This document shows, one piece after another, positions 1 to 9,263 of a stretch of DNA of 43,292 bases. The notes under the pieces are model-generated. The model did not search any database and was not told the origin of the DNA. It saw only the letters and a program-made list of their open reading frames with translations. This DNA comes from an uncultured Chryseobacterium sp. Its GTDB lineage: Bacteria; Bacteroidota; Bacteroidia; Flavobacteriales_F; PHOS-HE28. The translations under genes and the position numbers were made by a program. The stretch covers positions 1 through 43,292 of the forward strand of contig CAZLGY010000005.1 of assembly GCA_964559165.1 (NCBI GenBank), in the 5' to 3' direction. How positions within the stretch are numbered: position 1 is the first letter of the stretch; each line of letters opens with the position of its first letter.

Positions 1-495
1 GGGCAGACGGTGATGATCAGCAACTACCAGGAGTACTACAAGCTGGTGGAGTACTTCAGCCGCTACACCAAGGCACGCATGGGCCTCATCCTGGGCGTGA
101 ACAACCTGGTGGAGATATTCGATGAACGCTATTACCGCAACCTGAACGGTGGTGTGCTCGAGGCCTTCGGGATCCTCTTCCACCGCGACCTGAAGATCTA
201 TGTCTACCCCAGCAGGACCAGTGCCACCGATGCCATCATGACCACCAACACGATGCCCATCCATCCGCGCCTGCAACCGCTGTACGACTACCTGCTCTTC
301 AACAAGCGGATCATGGACATCGAGAACTACGACCCCAACGTACTGCACATCTTCAGCCGCAAGGTGCTGGACATGATCCGCTCGGGAGGCACTGGTTGGG
401 AGGAAATGGTGCCACCCTACGTGGACAACATGATCAAGGACAACCGGCTCTTCGGTTTCCGTCCTGCCGGCAAGGAGCAGAAAGCGGAGGCCTGA
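1..495 (+). CDS. conserved hypothetical protein, C-terminal part (5' end outside the window)
   Basis: Frame +1 is open from nt 1 (listed Met at 10) to TGA 493-495. Third codon positions are G/C-rich like neighbouring genes. I do not recognise the family with confidence. Confidence 0.55.
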   Translation, partial: GQTVMISNYQEYYKLVEYFSRYTKARMGLILGVNNLVEIFDERYYRNLNGGVLEAFGILFHRDLKIYVYPSRTSATDAIMTTNTMPIHPRLQPLYDYLLFNKRIMDIENYDPNVLHIFSRKVLDMIRSGGTGWEEMVPPYVDNMIKDNRLFGFRPAGKEQKAEA

Positions 496-559
496 ACACA
501 CGCCACGCAATGATGAACGCATGCGATCCCGCATGCGACACTGAAGTGCGCGGTACCTG

Positions 560-1483
560 TTGCAACTTCGCGATGTGGAGCCACTGAAACGCCTGGAAGG
601 CCACCGCGGTCCGGTTTACGCACTCTCGCCTGGCGCCACGCACGGGCATTTCATCAGTGCGGGCAGCGATGGTGTGGTGGCCTTGTGGGACCTTGGTGGC
701 GGCGGTGATGCACGCGCTGTTACCCGCCTGGACGAGGCCGTCTTCAGCCTGCTCCTCCTCGCAGGGCCCGCACTGCTGGTGGTTGGCACCGAAGGCGGGA
801 ACATCCATGTGGTGGACCTGGTCAACGGCCGTGAACGGCATTGTTTCCGGGTTCACCGGCGCGGCGTGTTCGACCTCGTGGCGATCGGCACGTCACGTTT
901 CGTGGCGGCCGGAGGGGATGGCACAATAAGCATCTGGGATGTGGGTGCGGACACGCACTGCACCCTGTGGCGGCAAATACCCCTGGAGGAAGGCAAGCTG
1001 CGAGGACTTTGCCACCTTCAACAGCAGGGCTGGCTGGCCGTTGCCTGTGGCGCCGGTCCCCTGCGCATCCTGGACACCGGGTTGTTCAATGAACTGCACA
1101 CGCTTCCAGGCCATGAGGGAGGTGCCTCATGCATGACCATCCATCCCAAAAAGCCCGCATTGCTGAGCGGCGGGAAGGATGGACACCTGCGCGGTTGGGC
1201 CCTCGGCGATAGCCCGCGCGAGGTGCTCGCACTGCCAGCACACAGGGGTGCCATCTATCGCATCGGGGCTCGCGCGGATGGTGCGATGCTGGCCTCGGTG
1301 GGAAGGGACAAGGCCGTGAAGGTGTGGTCCGGTAGCGACATGAGCCCCGTTGCGCGCCAGGAGGGAGGGGGCATCGGTCACACGCACAGCGTGAACAGCC
1401 TGCTCTGGCTGGATGAACATCTGGTCACAGCCGGGGATGACCGCGTGATCCGCGTGTTCAGGCCATCCGCTCAGAAGGGATAG
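560..1483 (+). CDS. WD40-repeat beta-propeller protein
   Basis: Repeated GH...WD-type units: GHRGPVYAL..SAGSDGVVALWDL, VHRRGVFDL..AAGGDGTISIWDV, GHEGGASCM..SGGKDGHLRGWAL, AHRGAIYRI..SVGRDKAVKVWS, GHTHSVNSL..TAGDDRVIRVF. No signal peptide. The start is uncertain (TTG 560 or in-frame GTG 575). Confidence 0.8.
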   Translation: MQLRDVEPLKRLEGHRGPVYALSPGATHGHFISAGSDGVVALWDLGGGGDARAVTRLDEAVFSLLLLAGPALLVVGTEGGNIHVVDLVNGRERHCFRVHRRGVFDLVAIGTSRFVAAGGDGTISIWDVGADTHCTLWRQIPLEEGKLRGLCHLQQQGWLAVACGAGPLRILDTGLFNELHTLPGHEGGASCMTIHPKKPALLSGGKDGHLRGWALGDSPREVLALPAHRGAIYRIGARADGAMLASVGRDKAVKVWSGSDMSPVARQEGGGIGHTHSVNSLLWLDEHLVTAGDDRVIRVFRPSAQKG

Positions 1484-3273
1484 ATCCGCGGGATCAGGAG
1501 GGTGGCCACGATCCAGAACAGGACCTGCAGCGGCCAGCCCACACGAAGGAAATCACGAGCCTTGTATTGGCCCGCGCCATAGATCATGGTGTTGGTCTGG
1601 TAGCCGATGGGGGTCATGAAGCTGGCGCTGGCCCCGAACACCACGGCCATGAGGAAAGGCGTGGGGCTGAGGCCAAGCGCTGCCGCAGTGGAGATGGCAA
1701 CGGGTGCCACCAAAGCCGCTGTGGCGGTATTGCTCATCACCTCGGTGAGCAGGCTGGTGAACAGGTAGATACCGGACAGCACGGCAACCGGCCCCCAGGC
1801 CCCCAGCGTGGCCACGACACCATCGGCCATCCTGTCCGCCAGACCCGACCGCTGCAAGGCGAGACCGAGGCTCAATGCACCCGCCATGAGGAAATAGATG
1901 CGCCGGTCGATCGCCTCCTGCACCTGCTTCATGTTCATCACACCGGAGAGCACGAGCAGCACAACGCCACCAAGCGCTGCCACGGCCACCGGCAGCATTC
2001 CCAGCGATGAGGTGACCACCACCGCCAGCAGCACGGCCGAAACGATGGCGAAACCGCGGCGGTCGAAGGCGGCCAGGCCCTCCTGCTCCGTCAGGATCAC
2101 GAAGGGCGCGTCGGCCGAGGAACCCAGCTGCTTCAGACGTTTCACGAAGTGGCTCTTCACCTCCGCCAGGATCACATCACCACTTCGCAGCACCGTATCA
2201 TGCAGGCGTTCGTGAACCACCTCCTCCCGATGGCGCACCGCAAGCGGCACGGCACGGTAGCTTCGGATCAGGTCGGCCTCCCCCACCGTCCTGCCCTCCA
2301 ATCCACTGTTGCTGGTGATCACCAGTTCCACCAACGTGGTGCCCCGGCTGCGCAGGTCGTCATTGGCCAACCGCATCGGCGGATCCACACTGACGTGCGC
2401 ACGGTCCTTCAAGGCACGGATATGAGCAACCTCACACCGCACCTTCAACAGGTCACCAGCCTCCAGCACCATGTCCCCTGCCGGCAGGGTGAAGAGCTGA
2501 TCGCCGCGGCGGATCTGGATGATGTCCATTTCCAGTTCACGCACCAGGGCACTGTCCATGATGGAGCGGCCCACGGATGGAGCGCCCTTGAGCAGCTCCA
2601 CCTCGGTCACATAGCCCCGCATGCTGAAGCGCTCGCCCGCATCCTTGCCATGGCGCCGATCGGGGAGCAGGTGGCGGCCCAGCAGCACCATGTAGGCCGC
2701 TCCGACCACCAGGAACACGACACCGACGGGGGTCTGCTGGAACATGCCCAGCGGCGGAAGGCCGTTTTCCACCATCACCCCGCTCACCACGAAGTTGGTG
2801 CTCGTGCCCATGAGGGTGATGGTACCGCCCATGATGGTGGCGTAGCTCAGGGGAATGAGCAACCTGCTGGGTGCCTGACCGGACGTGTGTGCGATCTGCA
2901 CGACCACGGGGATCAACAGGGCCACGATCGGGGTGTTGTTCAGGAAGGCCGACAGCACTCCGACGAGCAACATGAACAGCAGCATGCCCCGCACGGGGCT
3001 CGCGCGGAAGTGGTTGGAGAGCCGCGGACCCAGCGTGCTTACAGCACCCGTCCCCAGCAAGGCGGAGCTGAGCACGAACATGAACGCCACGGTCAACGTG
3101 GCCTGGTCAGCGAACCCTGCGAACCCTTCGGCAGGCGTTAGCACACCGCCGACCACCAACAGCAGGATGATGAGCAGCGCCACCAGGTCGATGCTCAACT
3201 TCTCCGTGATGAACAGCAGCACCGCGAGGAGCAGGACTCCTGCAACGATCCATTCGTGCGGGCTCATGACCAT
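1471..3273 (-). CDS. SLC13/DASS-type anion permease with two central TrkA-C (RCK_C) domains
   Basis: The 600-aa protein has polytopic hydrophobic N- and C-terminal halves. They flank two soluble repeats (..LEAGDLLKVRCEV.., ..LRSGDVILAEVKS..), an architecture typical of CitT/YbiR-like SLC13 permeases. Confidence 0.8.
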   Translation of the reverse strand: MVMSPHEWIVAGVLLLAVLLFITEKLSIDLVALLIILLLVVGGVLTPAEGFAGFADQATLTVAFMFVLSSALLGTGAVSTLGPRLSNHFRASPVRGMLLFMLLVGVLSAFLNNTPIVALLIPVVVQIAHTSGQAPSRLLIPLSYATIMGGTITLMGTSTNFVVSGVMVENGLPPLGMFQQTPVGVVFLVVGAAYMVLLGRHLLPDRRHGKDAGERFSMRGYVTEVELLKGAPSVGRSIMDSALVRELEMDIIQIRRGDQLFTLPAGDMVLEAGDLLKVRCEVAHIRALKDRAHVSVDPPMRLANDDLRSRGTTLVELVITSNSGLEGRTVGEADLIRSYRAVPLAVRHREEVVHERLHDTVLRSGDVILAEVKSHFVKRLKQLGSSADAPFVILTEQEGLAAFDRRGFAIVSAVLLAVVVTSSLGMLPVAVAALGGVVLLVLSGVMNMKQVQEAIDRRIYFLMAGALSLGLALQRSGLADRMADGVVATLGAWGPVAVLSGIYLFTSLLTEVMSNTATAALVAPVAISTAAALGLSPTPFLMAVVFGASASFMTPIGYQTNTMIYGAGQYKARDFLRVGWPLQVLFWIVATLLIPRIYPF

Positions 3274-3297
3274 GCTGCGAACTTACACCGGAGCTGC

Positions 3298-4278
3298 TCA
3301 GCCCCAATTGGCCACATACCATGGAACGGCCCGTTCCAGGCCTGCACGCAGATCGCATACCGGCTTGTAGGAAAGCAGGTCGCGTGCCTTCGTGATATCT
3401 GCAAGCGAGTCGCGGATATCTCCCACACGCTCCGGCACATGCTCCACAGGAACGGCAGCGATGGCAGGGTCGATGGCGGACAGCGCGGTGCGCAGGTCGT
3501 TCACCAGTTCCAACAAGGTGGTACGCGCTCCATAGGCCACATTGAAGACCTCCCCCTTCGCCCGCGGATCCCGGGTGTCCATGGCACACATCACAGCATG
3601 CACCGCGTTGCCCACGTAGGTGAAATCACGGGTCTGCAGACCATCACCATGGATCAAGGGGGAACGATGGGTCAGGAAAGCCTTGATGAAGCGGGGGATG
3701 GCCGCTGCATACGGTCCTTCTGGATCCTGGCGTTCGCCGAAGACGTTGAAGAACCGCAATCCCACCGTATGCATGCCGTGCAACCGTGTGTAGAGCGTTG
3801 CGTAGGTCTCGTTCGTGGCCTTCGTCACCGCATAGGGCGACAGCGGCCGGCCTGTTTCCGCTTCCACCTTGGGCAGGCGCGGGGAATCGCCATAAACGCT
3901 GGAACTTGATGCATACACGAAGCGCTGCACACCGGCAAGACGGGCGGCTTCCAGCATGTTCAGAAAGCCGGTCAGGTTCGTTTCGTGGCTCCGCAACGGT
4001 TCGGAGATCGAACGCGGTACGGACCCCAGCGCGGCCAGGTGAAGGACCACCTCAACGCCTGACACGGCACGCTCGCAGTCCGCATAGGAGCGGATATCCC
4101 CTTCCAACAAGGCGAACGCCGCGTTCCCGTCAAGCTGCGCCACGTTCTTGCGATGGCTCGTGGCGAAGTTGTCCATGCAACGCACACGATGGCCTGCTGC
4201 GATCAACGCGTCACACAGGTGACTTCCAATGAAGCCGGCACCACCGGTCACGAGGATCGTACGGGAGGGATCGTTCAT
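3298..4278 (-). CDS. NAD-dependent nucleotide-sugar epimerase/dehydratase (extended SDR, WbpP/TviC-like)
   Basis: N-terminal Rossmann motif VTGGAGFIGSH and catalytic YxxxK (SPYAVTKATNE). The 326-aa length fits UDP-sugar 4-epimerases. Confidence 0.85.
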   Translation of the reverse strand: MNDPSRTILVTGGAGFIGSHLCDALIAAGHRVRCMDNFATSHRKNVAQLDGNAAFALLEGDIRSYADCERAVSGVEVVLHLAALGSVPRSISEPLRSHETNLTGFLNMLEAARLAGVQRFVYASSSSVYGDSPRLPKVEAETGRPLSPYAVTKATNETYATLYTRLHGMHTVGLRFFNVFGERQDPEGPYAAAIPRFIKAFLTHRSPLIHGDGLQTRDFTYVGNAVHAVMCAMDTRDPRAKGEVFNVAYGARTTLLELVNDLRTALSAIDPAIAAVPVEHVPERVGDIRDSLADITKARDLLSYKPVCDLRAGLERAVPWYVANWG

Positions 4279-4360
4279 GCGACTGATGGCCTGCAGGTTG
4301 GTAGGCGCTCAAAAGTAGACCACCCGGGACGACCCGTGAGCGCATCCTGCACCGTGCCGT

Positions 4361-5056
4361 TCACGATCGATCCTTGAAGGCGGCACCGAACAGGATGGTC
4401 CGCCATCCGGCCGGAACGATGGGTGCCATCAGCGCATCCGCACGGGCCAGCACATCGCGCTGCCGTTCCGTCCGTCCCAGACCGGACAACAGACCGGTGC
4501 TCCCCTCCTTGATACGCCCGAACGGGGCGAACAGATCACGGTCCGCGTGGATATCGAGATAGCGCCAGTAGTGTGCCCACGGAACGAACCGGCGCCTGAG
4601 GAACCTATGTACGGCCGCACCGCGCAGGTTCTCCGCAAAGAGCAGGACCCCTCCGGGCTTCAGGACCCGGTGCATCTCCCGGATGGCCTGCGACTGTCGC
4701 TCCTTGCTGCCCAATGCGCCAAGCATGCTCTTGAAGATCACCACGTCGAAGCTGTTGTCCGCCCTGGGGATGGCCAACGCATCCATGGCCTCGTAGGAGA
4801 CCCGCTGTTCGACACCGAAGGAGCGATGCATCCGGCGGGCATCCTCTGTGGGGCCGCGCAGATCGGTGCATAAGGTCAGGAAGCCTTGCCGCGCCAGATA
4901 CAGGCTGAGGCCGCCATCGCGTTCGCCCAAGGCCAGCGCGGTGCGTAGTTCGGCGACCGGCTGCGCCAATGCGGGCTCCCACAAGGGCAGCGCACGCGAC
5001 CACGACCGGACCTCCCATTGGAAACAGGCCTGCAGGAACTCCTTGTCATGGGTCAT
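4361..5056 (-). CDS. class I SAM-dependent methyltransferase (Methyltransf_11-like, atypical motif I)
   Basis: Motif I-like ALALGERDGGLSL, an acidic loop (..TDLRG..) and post-I/II segments DVVIFKSML ... LKPGGVLLFAENL. The substrate cannot be deduced. Confidence 0.7.
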   Translation of the reverse strand: MTHDKEFLQACFQWEVRSWSRALPLWEPALAQPVAELRTALALGERDGGLSLYLARQGFLTLCTDLRGPTEDARRMHRSFGVEQRVSYEAMDALAIPRADNSFDVVIFKSMLGALGSKERQSQAIREMHRVLKPGGVLLFAENLRGAAVHRFLRRRFVPWAHYWRYLDIHADRDLFAPFGRIKEGSTGLLSGLGRTERQRDVLARADALMAPIVPAGWRTILFGAAFKDRS

Positions 5057-5061
5057 GCAAC

Positions 5062-5097
5062 AAAGAAAAGGGGCGGCCGCTGTTCGCGAACCGCCCC
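5062..5097 (-). terminator. rho-independent terminator downstream of rny
   Basis: The minus-strand RNA reads GGGGCGG-(14 nt)-CCGCCCC followed by UUUUCUUUG. It starts about 50 nt after the rny stop at 5149. Confidence 0.6.
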
Positions 5098-5148
5098 ATC
5101 ATCGTTCTTACCGGGTGGTGGCCGGCAGGGTCGCAAGATCTCTCGACC

Positions 5149-6690
5149 CTACTTGGCCACTGCTACGCTCCGCTTCTCGCGGATCACGGTGATCTTCACC
5201 TGCCCGGGATACGTCATCTCGTTCATGATCCGGTCCGCGATCTGCATGCTCAACTCATCGCTCTGCTGGTCGTTGATCCGCTCGCTCTCCACCATCACCC
5301 GCAGTTCACGGCCGGCCTGGATGGCGAATGCCTTGGTCACACCGCCGTAGCTCATCGCCAGGCTCTCGAGGTCCTTCAGGCGCTGGATGTAGGCTTCCGT
5401 GGCTTCGCGTCGGGCGCCGGGGCGAGCGCCGCTGATGGCATCGCAGGCCTGTACGATCGGCGACAACAGGGTCGTCATCTCGATCTCGTCGTGGTGTGCA
5501 CCGATGGCGTTACAGACATCGGGCTTCTCGCCGTACTTCTCGGCCAGCTTCATGCCCAGGATGGCGTGCGGCAGCTCGGGGTCTTCATCCGGAACCTTTC
5601 CGATATCGTGCAACAGGCCGGCCCGCTTGGCCACCTTGGGGTTCAGCCCCAGTTCGGCGGCCATGATGGCGCTGAGGTTGGCCACCGCGCGGCTGTGCTG
5701 GAGCAGGTTCTGTCCATACGAACTGCGGTACTTCATGCGGCCCACCATCCGGATGAGCTCGTTGTGAAGGCCATGGATCCCGAGATCGATGCATGTCCGC
5801 TTGCCCACCTCCATGATCTCCTCCTCCAGGTTCTTGCGGGTCTTGGCCACGATCTCCTCGATGCGGGCGGGATGGATCCGGCCATCCTTCACCAACTGGT
5901 GCAAGGACAGGCGTGCCACCTCACGACGCACCGCATCGAAGCAGCTGAGGATGATGGCGCCCGGGGTATCGTCCACGATGATCTCCACGCCGGTGGCCTC
6001 CTCCAGGGTGCGGATGTTGCGGCCCTCCCGACCGATGATACGCCCTTTGACGTCATCGTTGTCGATGTGGAACACGCTCACCGAGTTCTCGATGGCATGC
6101 TCTGTGGCAACCCGTTGGATGGTCTGAATAACGATGCGCTTGGCCTCCTTGTTGGCGGTCAGCCTGGCCTCCTCCTGGGCCTCGTTGATGTGCGCCATGG
6201 CAGCGGTCCTGGCTTCATCCTTGAGGCTTTCCACCAATTGCTTGCGGGCCTCCTCAGCGTTGAGACCACTGATGTTCTCCAGCAATGAAACCTGTTTGGC
6301 ATGCAGTTTCTCGGTCTCCTCCCTTCTCCGTTCAAGCCCTGTCAATTTCTGCTCCAGTTCGACCTTCAGCCGGTCCATGTTCTTCTCCTTGTTGGCCAGC
6401 TCCTGTTGCTGGCGGCTGAGCTGCTGCTCGCGCTGTTTGGCCTTCTCCTGCGACTGTTGCACAGCACGTTCGCGGTCGCGCACTTCCTTTTCATGCTGCT
6501 CCTTGAGCTGGAGGAACTTCTCCTTGGCCTGCAGGATCTTCTCCTTCTTCAATGCATCCGCCTCGGTCTCGGCTTCCTTCAAGATACCGGCAGACCTGCG
6601 CTTCATGGCATTATTGACCACCATGTAGACGATGCCGCCCCCCGCCACGATACCGGCGAGGAGGCCCATCACAATACTCATCATGTCCAT
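5149..6690 (-). CDS. rny: ribonuclease Y
   Basis: N-terminal TM helix [25 protein letters not shown], a long Lys/Glu coiled coil, a KH domain ([12 protein letters not shown]) and an HD domain ([16 protein letters not shown]). I chose the start at Met44 of the track ORF (ATG 6690), giving a family-typical 513 aa and removing the overlap with zapA. Confidence 0.9.
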   Translation of the reverse strand: MDMMSIVMGLLAGIVAGGGIVYMVVNNAMKRRSAGILKEAETEADALKKEKILQAKEKFLQLKEQHEKEVRDRERAVQQSQEKAKQREQQLSRQQQELANKEKNMDRLKVELEQKLTGLERRREETEKLHAKQVSLLENISGLNAEEARKQLVESLKDEARTAAMAHINEAQEEARLTANKEAKRIVIQTIQRVATEHAIENSVSVFHIDNDDVKGRIIGREGRNIRTLEEATGVEIIVDDTPGAIILSCFDAVRREVARLSLHQLVKDGRIHPARIEEIVAKTRKNLEEEIMEVGKRTCIDLGIHGLHNELIRMVGRMKYRSSYGQNLLQHSRAVANLSAIMAAELGLNPKVAKRAGLLHDIGKVPDEDPELPHAILGMKLAEKYGEKPDVCNAIGAHHDEIEMTTLLSPIVQACDAISGARPGARREATEAYIQRLKDLESLAMSYGGVTKAFAIQAGRELRVMVESERINDQQSDELSMQIADRIMNEMTYPGQVKITVIREKRSVAVAK

Positions 6691-6757
6691 GTGTTCCACT
6701 GTTTTTAGCGGACCATGGGCCTCCTGGGGCGTGCGGGGGTGACCGAGGGCTGAACGC

Positions 6758-7039
6758 TCAGGGGAGGGCTTCGGAGAGCGTCCGTTCCAGGGAGGCAACC
6801 AGCTCCTGGACCGTTCCATCCTGCTGGTTCCCAGCGCTATTAAGCGCTCGCACGGTCACCTCCAGGGCGGCCATGGCCAGCAAGTCCTGCTTGTCGGTGA
6901 GCGGGTAGCTCGCCTTCAAGCGGTTGATGCTCTCGTTGATCTCGTCCACGGCACGGCGCACGTTCACCTCTTCCGATATGCCGATCGTAAGAGGATAGGC
7001 CCGGCCGGCCAGTTCAATGCGTATCGAGCGCTCCTCCAT
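6758..7039 (-). CDS. zapA: cell division protein ZapA
   Basis: The 93-aa protein has the ZapA pattern ([42 protein letters not shown]). It lies directly upstream of rny, as in many Bacteroidota. Confidence 0.8.
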   Translation of the reverse strand: MEERSIRIELAGRAYPLTIGISEEVNVRRAVDEINESINRLKASYPLTDKQDLLAMAALEVTVRALNSAGNQQDGTVQELVASLERTLSEALP

Positions 7040-7044
7040 GGTGA

Positions 7045-7353
7045 TCAGTTCTGCTGCGCCACCGGCGATAGGAGCGCCAGGCAGCGGTCGATCTCATGCA
7101 CGAGCTCGTCGATGCGTTCCTTGGTACCCGCGGCGGCGGCGCCCTGTTCGGCGCTGCGTGCCTTTCGGAGGACCCCGTTCTCCCGCTCCAGCTCGGCCAC
7201 ACGCGCCCGCAGGACCTCCTCCATCCGGCGGAGGTCCCCCATTTCACCATCCATGCGCTGCAACCGGGCCTTCAACCCGTCGCGCTCTTCCACCAGGATA
7301 CGCACCTGGCCAAGGATGGTAGCAAGTCTGTCTTTCACGTGGTGGCCCAGCAT
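7045..7353 (-). CDS. small coiled-coil protein, ZapB-like
   Basis: The 102-aa protein has heptad-rich Arg/Glu/Leu sequence, and VAELERENGVLRKA resembles the ELERENNHLKE core of E. coli ZapB. Its stop is 5 nt from the zapA start, and a -7 box lies about 30 nt upstream. Confidence 0.55.
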   Translation of the reverse strand: MLGHHVKDRLATILGQVRILVEERDGLKARLQRMDGEMGDLRRMEEVLRARVAELERENGVLRKARSAEQGAAAAGTKERIDELVHEIDRCLALLSPVAQQN

Positions 7354-7382
7354 CGGCGGAAACCCGTTCGATGGTCCGGCCC

Positions 7383-7390
7383 CAAAGATA
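7383..7390 (-). promoter_or_regulatory. Bacteroidota-type -7 promoter box TAtcTTTG for the zapB-like/zapA/rny string
   Basis: The minus strand reads TATCTTTG (consensus TAnnTTTG), ending about 30 nt upstream of ATG 7353. Confidence 0.35.
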
Positions 7391-7541
7391 ACCCCGCAGA
7401 CGGCTTTTGCACCCTCTTTGTATGAACCCCCCTGTGTTGATGGCTTGCCACCTGCTTCGGTTGATCGCCGCCTACGTCGGGGATACCTTGCACGCGTTCA
7501 CCACCGCGGGGCAGGAAATGCGCAGGGATCACATTCCACCA

Positions 7542-9263
7542 ATGCACGAATACAAGTCATTCAATTTATTGATATTCACTGTATTTATGTCGCTTAATTC
7601 AAGTGCTCAGAAGCCGCCAGGGCCGGCCCGATACATCAATCCGATGGACATCCCCTTGAACCTGTCGGGCAACTTCATGGAACCCCGGAACGACCACTTC
7701 CATGCAGGGCTTGACATGCGCACCGGTGGACGGGAGGGTATTCCGGTGATGGCCGTGGCCGATGGGTTCGTCTCACGGATCAAGATAAGCCCATACGGCT
7801 ACGGCAAGGCCGTCTACATCCAGCACCCCGATGGCTACACCTCGGTGTATGGCCACCTGCAGCGGCTGGAAGGCAAGCTGGGCGAGCATTGCCTGGCCGC
7901 GCAATACGCCCGCAAGGACCTCAGCATCGACATCTTCCCCGAGCGGAACGAATTGCCGGTCGCACAGGGGGATATCATCGGGTTGAGCGGCAATACGGGG
8001 GGGAGCGCCGGTCCCCACCTGCACTTCGAACTCCGCCGGACCGGGGATCAACATGCGGTGGACCCGGAGGCGCTCGGTTTCGACATCCCGGACAGGTCAA
8101 AGCCGGTCATCCTGGGCCTGCGCATCCACCCCCTCACCGACAACAGCCGCGTGCAACAGGTCGCCGGAGATGCGGGGATGCCCGTGCATGGTTCCGATGG
8201 CAACTTCAGTCTCAAGGGTTCCATCCCCGCTGCGTTCGGCACTGTGGGCCTGGCCGTGCATGTCATAGACCGCTACGACGACAACAGCGGAAAATTCGGT
8301 GTGCGCAGCATCGACCTGCAGGTGGACAGCGTCAACGCGTTCAGTACGGTGTTCGACCATGTGGATTTCGACCAGGCCAGGTACTGCAACGCTCACATGG
8401 ACTATGAGCTCTTCAAGGGACGGAAACTGGATTATCACCGCCTCTACCGGCAACCCAACAACAAGTTGAGGATCTATGGAACGGAGCCCATGCAAGGCCG
8501 GATCACCCTGCAACCAGGCCGGACCCACCGCGTCCGGGTGGTGGCCACCGACGCCCATGGAAATCGGTCCGAACTTCGGTTCGAGCTGCGTGGTGCCACC
8601 TTGGAGGAGGTACGTTCATGGCCCTCTCCGGAACTCCAAGGAAGTCTCTTCCGCTACGATACGGAGAACATCCTGGCCGAGGATGGCGTAAGCCTCACCT
8701 TGCCTCCCCTCGCGCTCTACGATGACACCTACGTGCGCTACAGCCGAAGCCCAGCGCCGAAGGGTGCCATCACGCCGTTGCATCGCCTGCACCATCCCCT
8801 TACGCCCATCCAGCTCAAATGCATGTTGCGCATGGACCTGCCCGCGCTGTCCGAAGGCGAGCTCAACAAGGCCCTCATCGTGCGCGTGGGCGACAACGGG
8901 AAGGTGGATGCCGTGGGCGGACAACGAAACGGGCGCAGTATCAGTGCCTCCGTACGCTCCTTCGGGAACTATACGGTGATGCTGGATAGTACGCCGCCCA
9001 CCATCACCCCGATGGACCTCAGACCGGATATGAAGGGACGCGGCTCCTTCAACCTGAAGATCGGCGATGACCTGAGCGGCATCGCCACCTACACCGGTTC
9101 GCTGGACGGGAACTGGGTTCTGATGGAGTATGAACCCAAGACCAGGACCCTTACACACACCTTCGACCGGTACAGCAAGGCGATCGGCAAGCGCAACTTC
9201 GTGCTCCAGGTGGTGGATGACAGGGGCAACAGCAGCACGTACACGTACTCCTTCCAGCAATGA
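7542..9263 (+). CDS. secreted M23 family metallopeptidase with a long C-terminal extension
   Basis: M23 zinc motifs HFHAGLDM (HxxxD) and GPHLHFELR (HxH). I chose the start at ATG 7542 because MHEYKSFNLLIFTVFMSLNSSAQ is a plausible signal peptide; the track ORF begins at 7407. Confidence 0.85.
   Translation: MHEYKSFNLLIFTVFMSLNSSAQKPPGPARYINPMDIPLNLSGNFMEPRNDHFHAGLDMRTGGREGIPVMAVADGFVSRIKISPYGYGKAVYIQHPDGYTSVYGHLQRLEGKLGEHCLAAQYARKDLSIDIFPERNELPVAQGDIIGLSGNTGGSAGPHLHFELRRTGDQHAVDPEALGFDIPDRSKPVILGLRIHPLTDNSRVQQVAGDAGMPVHGSDGNFSLKGSIPAAFGTVGLAVHVIDRYDDNSGKFGVRSIDLQVDSVNAFSTVFDHVDFDQARYCNAHMDYELFKGRKLDYHRLYRQPNNKLRIYGTEPMQGRITLQPGRTHRVRVVATDAHGNRSELRFELRGATLEEVRSWPSPELQGSLFRYDTENILAEDGVSLTLPPLALYDDTYVRYSRSPAPKGAITPLHRLHHPLTPIQLKCMLRMDLPALSEGELNKALIVRVGDNGKVDAVGGQRNGRSISASVRSFGNYTVMLDSTPPTITPMDLRPDMKGRGSFNLKIGDDLSGIATYTGSLDGNWVLMEYEPKTRTLTHTFDRYSKAIGKRNFVLQVVDDRGNSSTYTYSFQQ

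Noticed and set aside
4969-6288. 439-aa ORF on the plus strand opposite rny.
   Set aside because: It is antisense to a clearly identified gene. Its composition (Ala/Gly/His/Leu/Val/Asp-rich, no motifs) is typical of stop-free antisense frames in high-GC DNA.
6691-6757. Possible 6S RNA (ssrS) next to zapA, by analogy with the E. coli zapA-ssrS arrangement.
   Set aside because: The zapA-rny spacer is only 67 nt, far too short for a 6S RNA of about 180 nt, and the sequence shows no extended imperfect hairpin.
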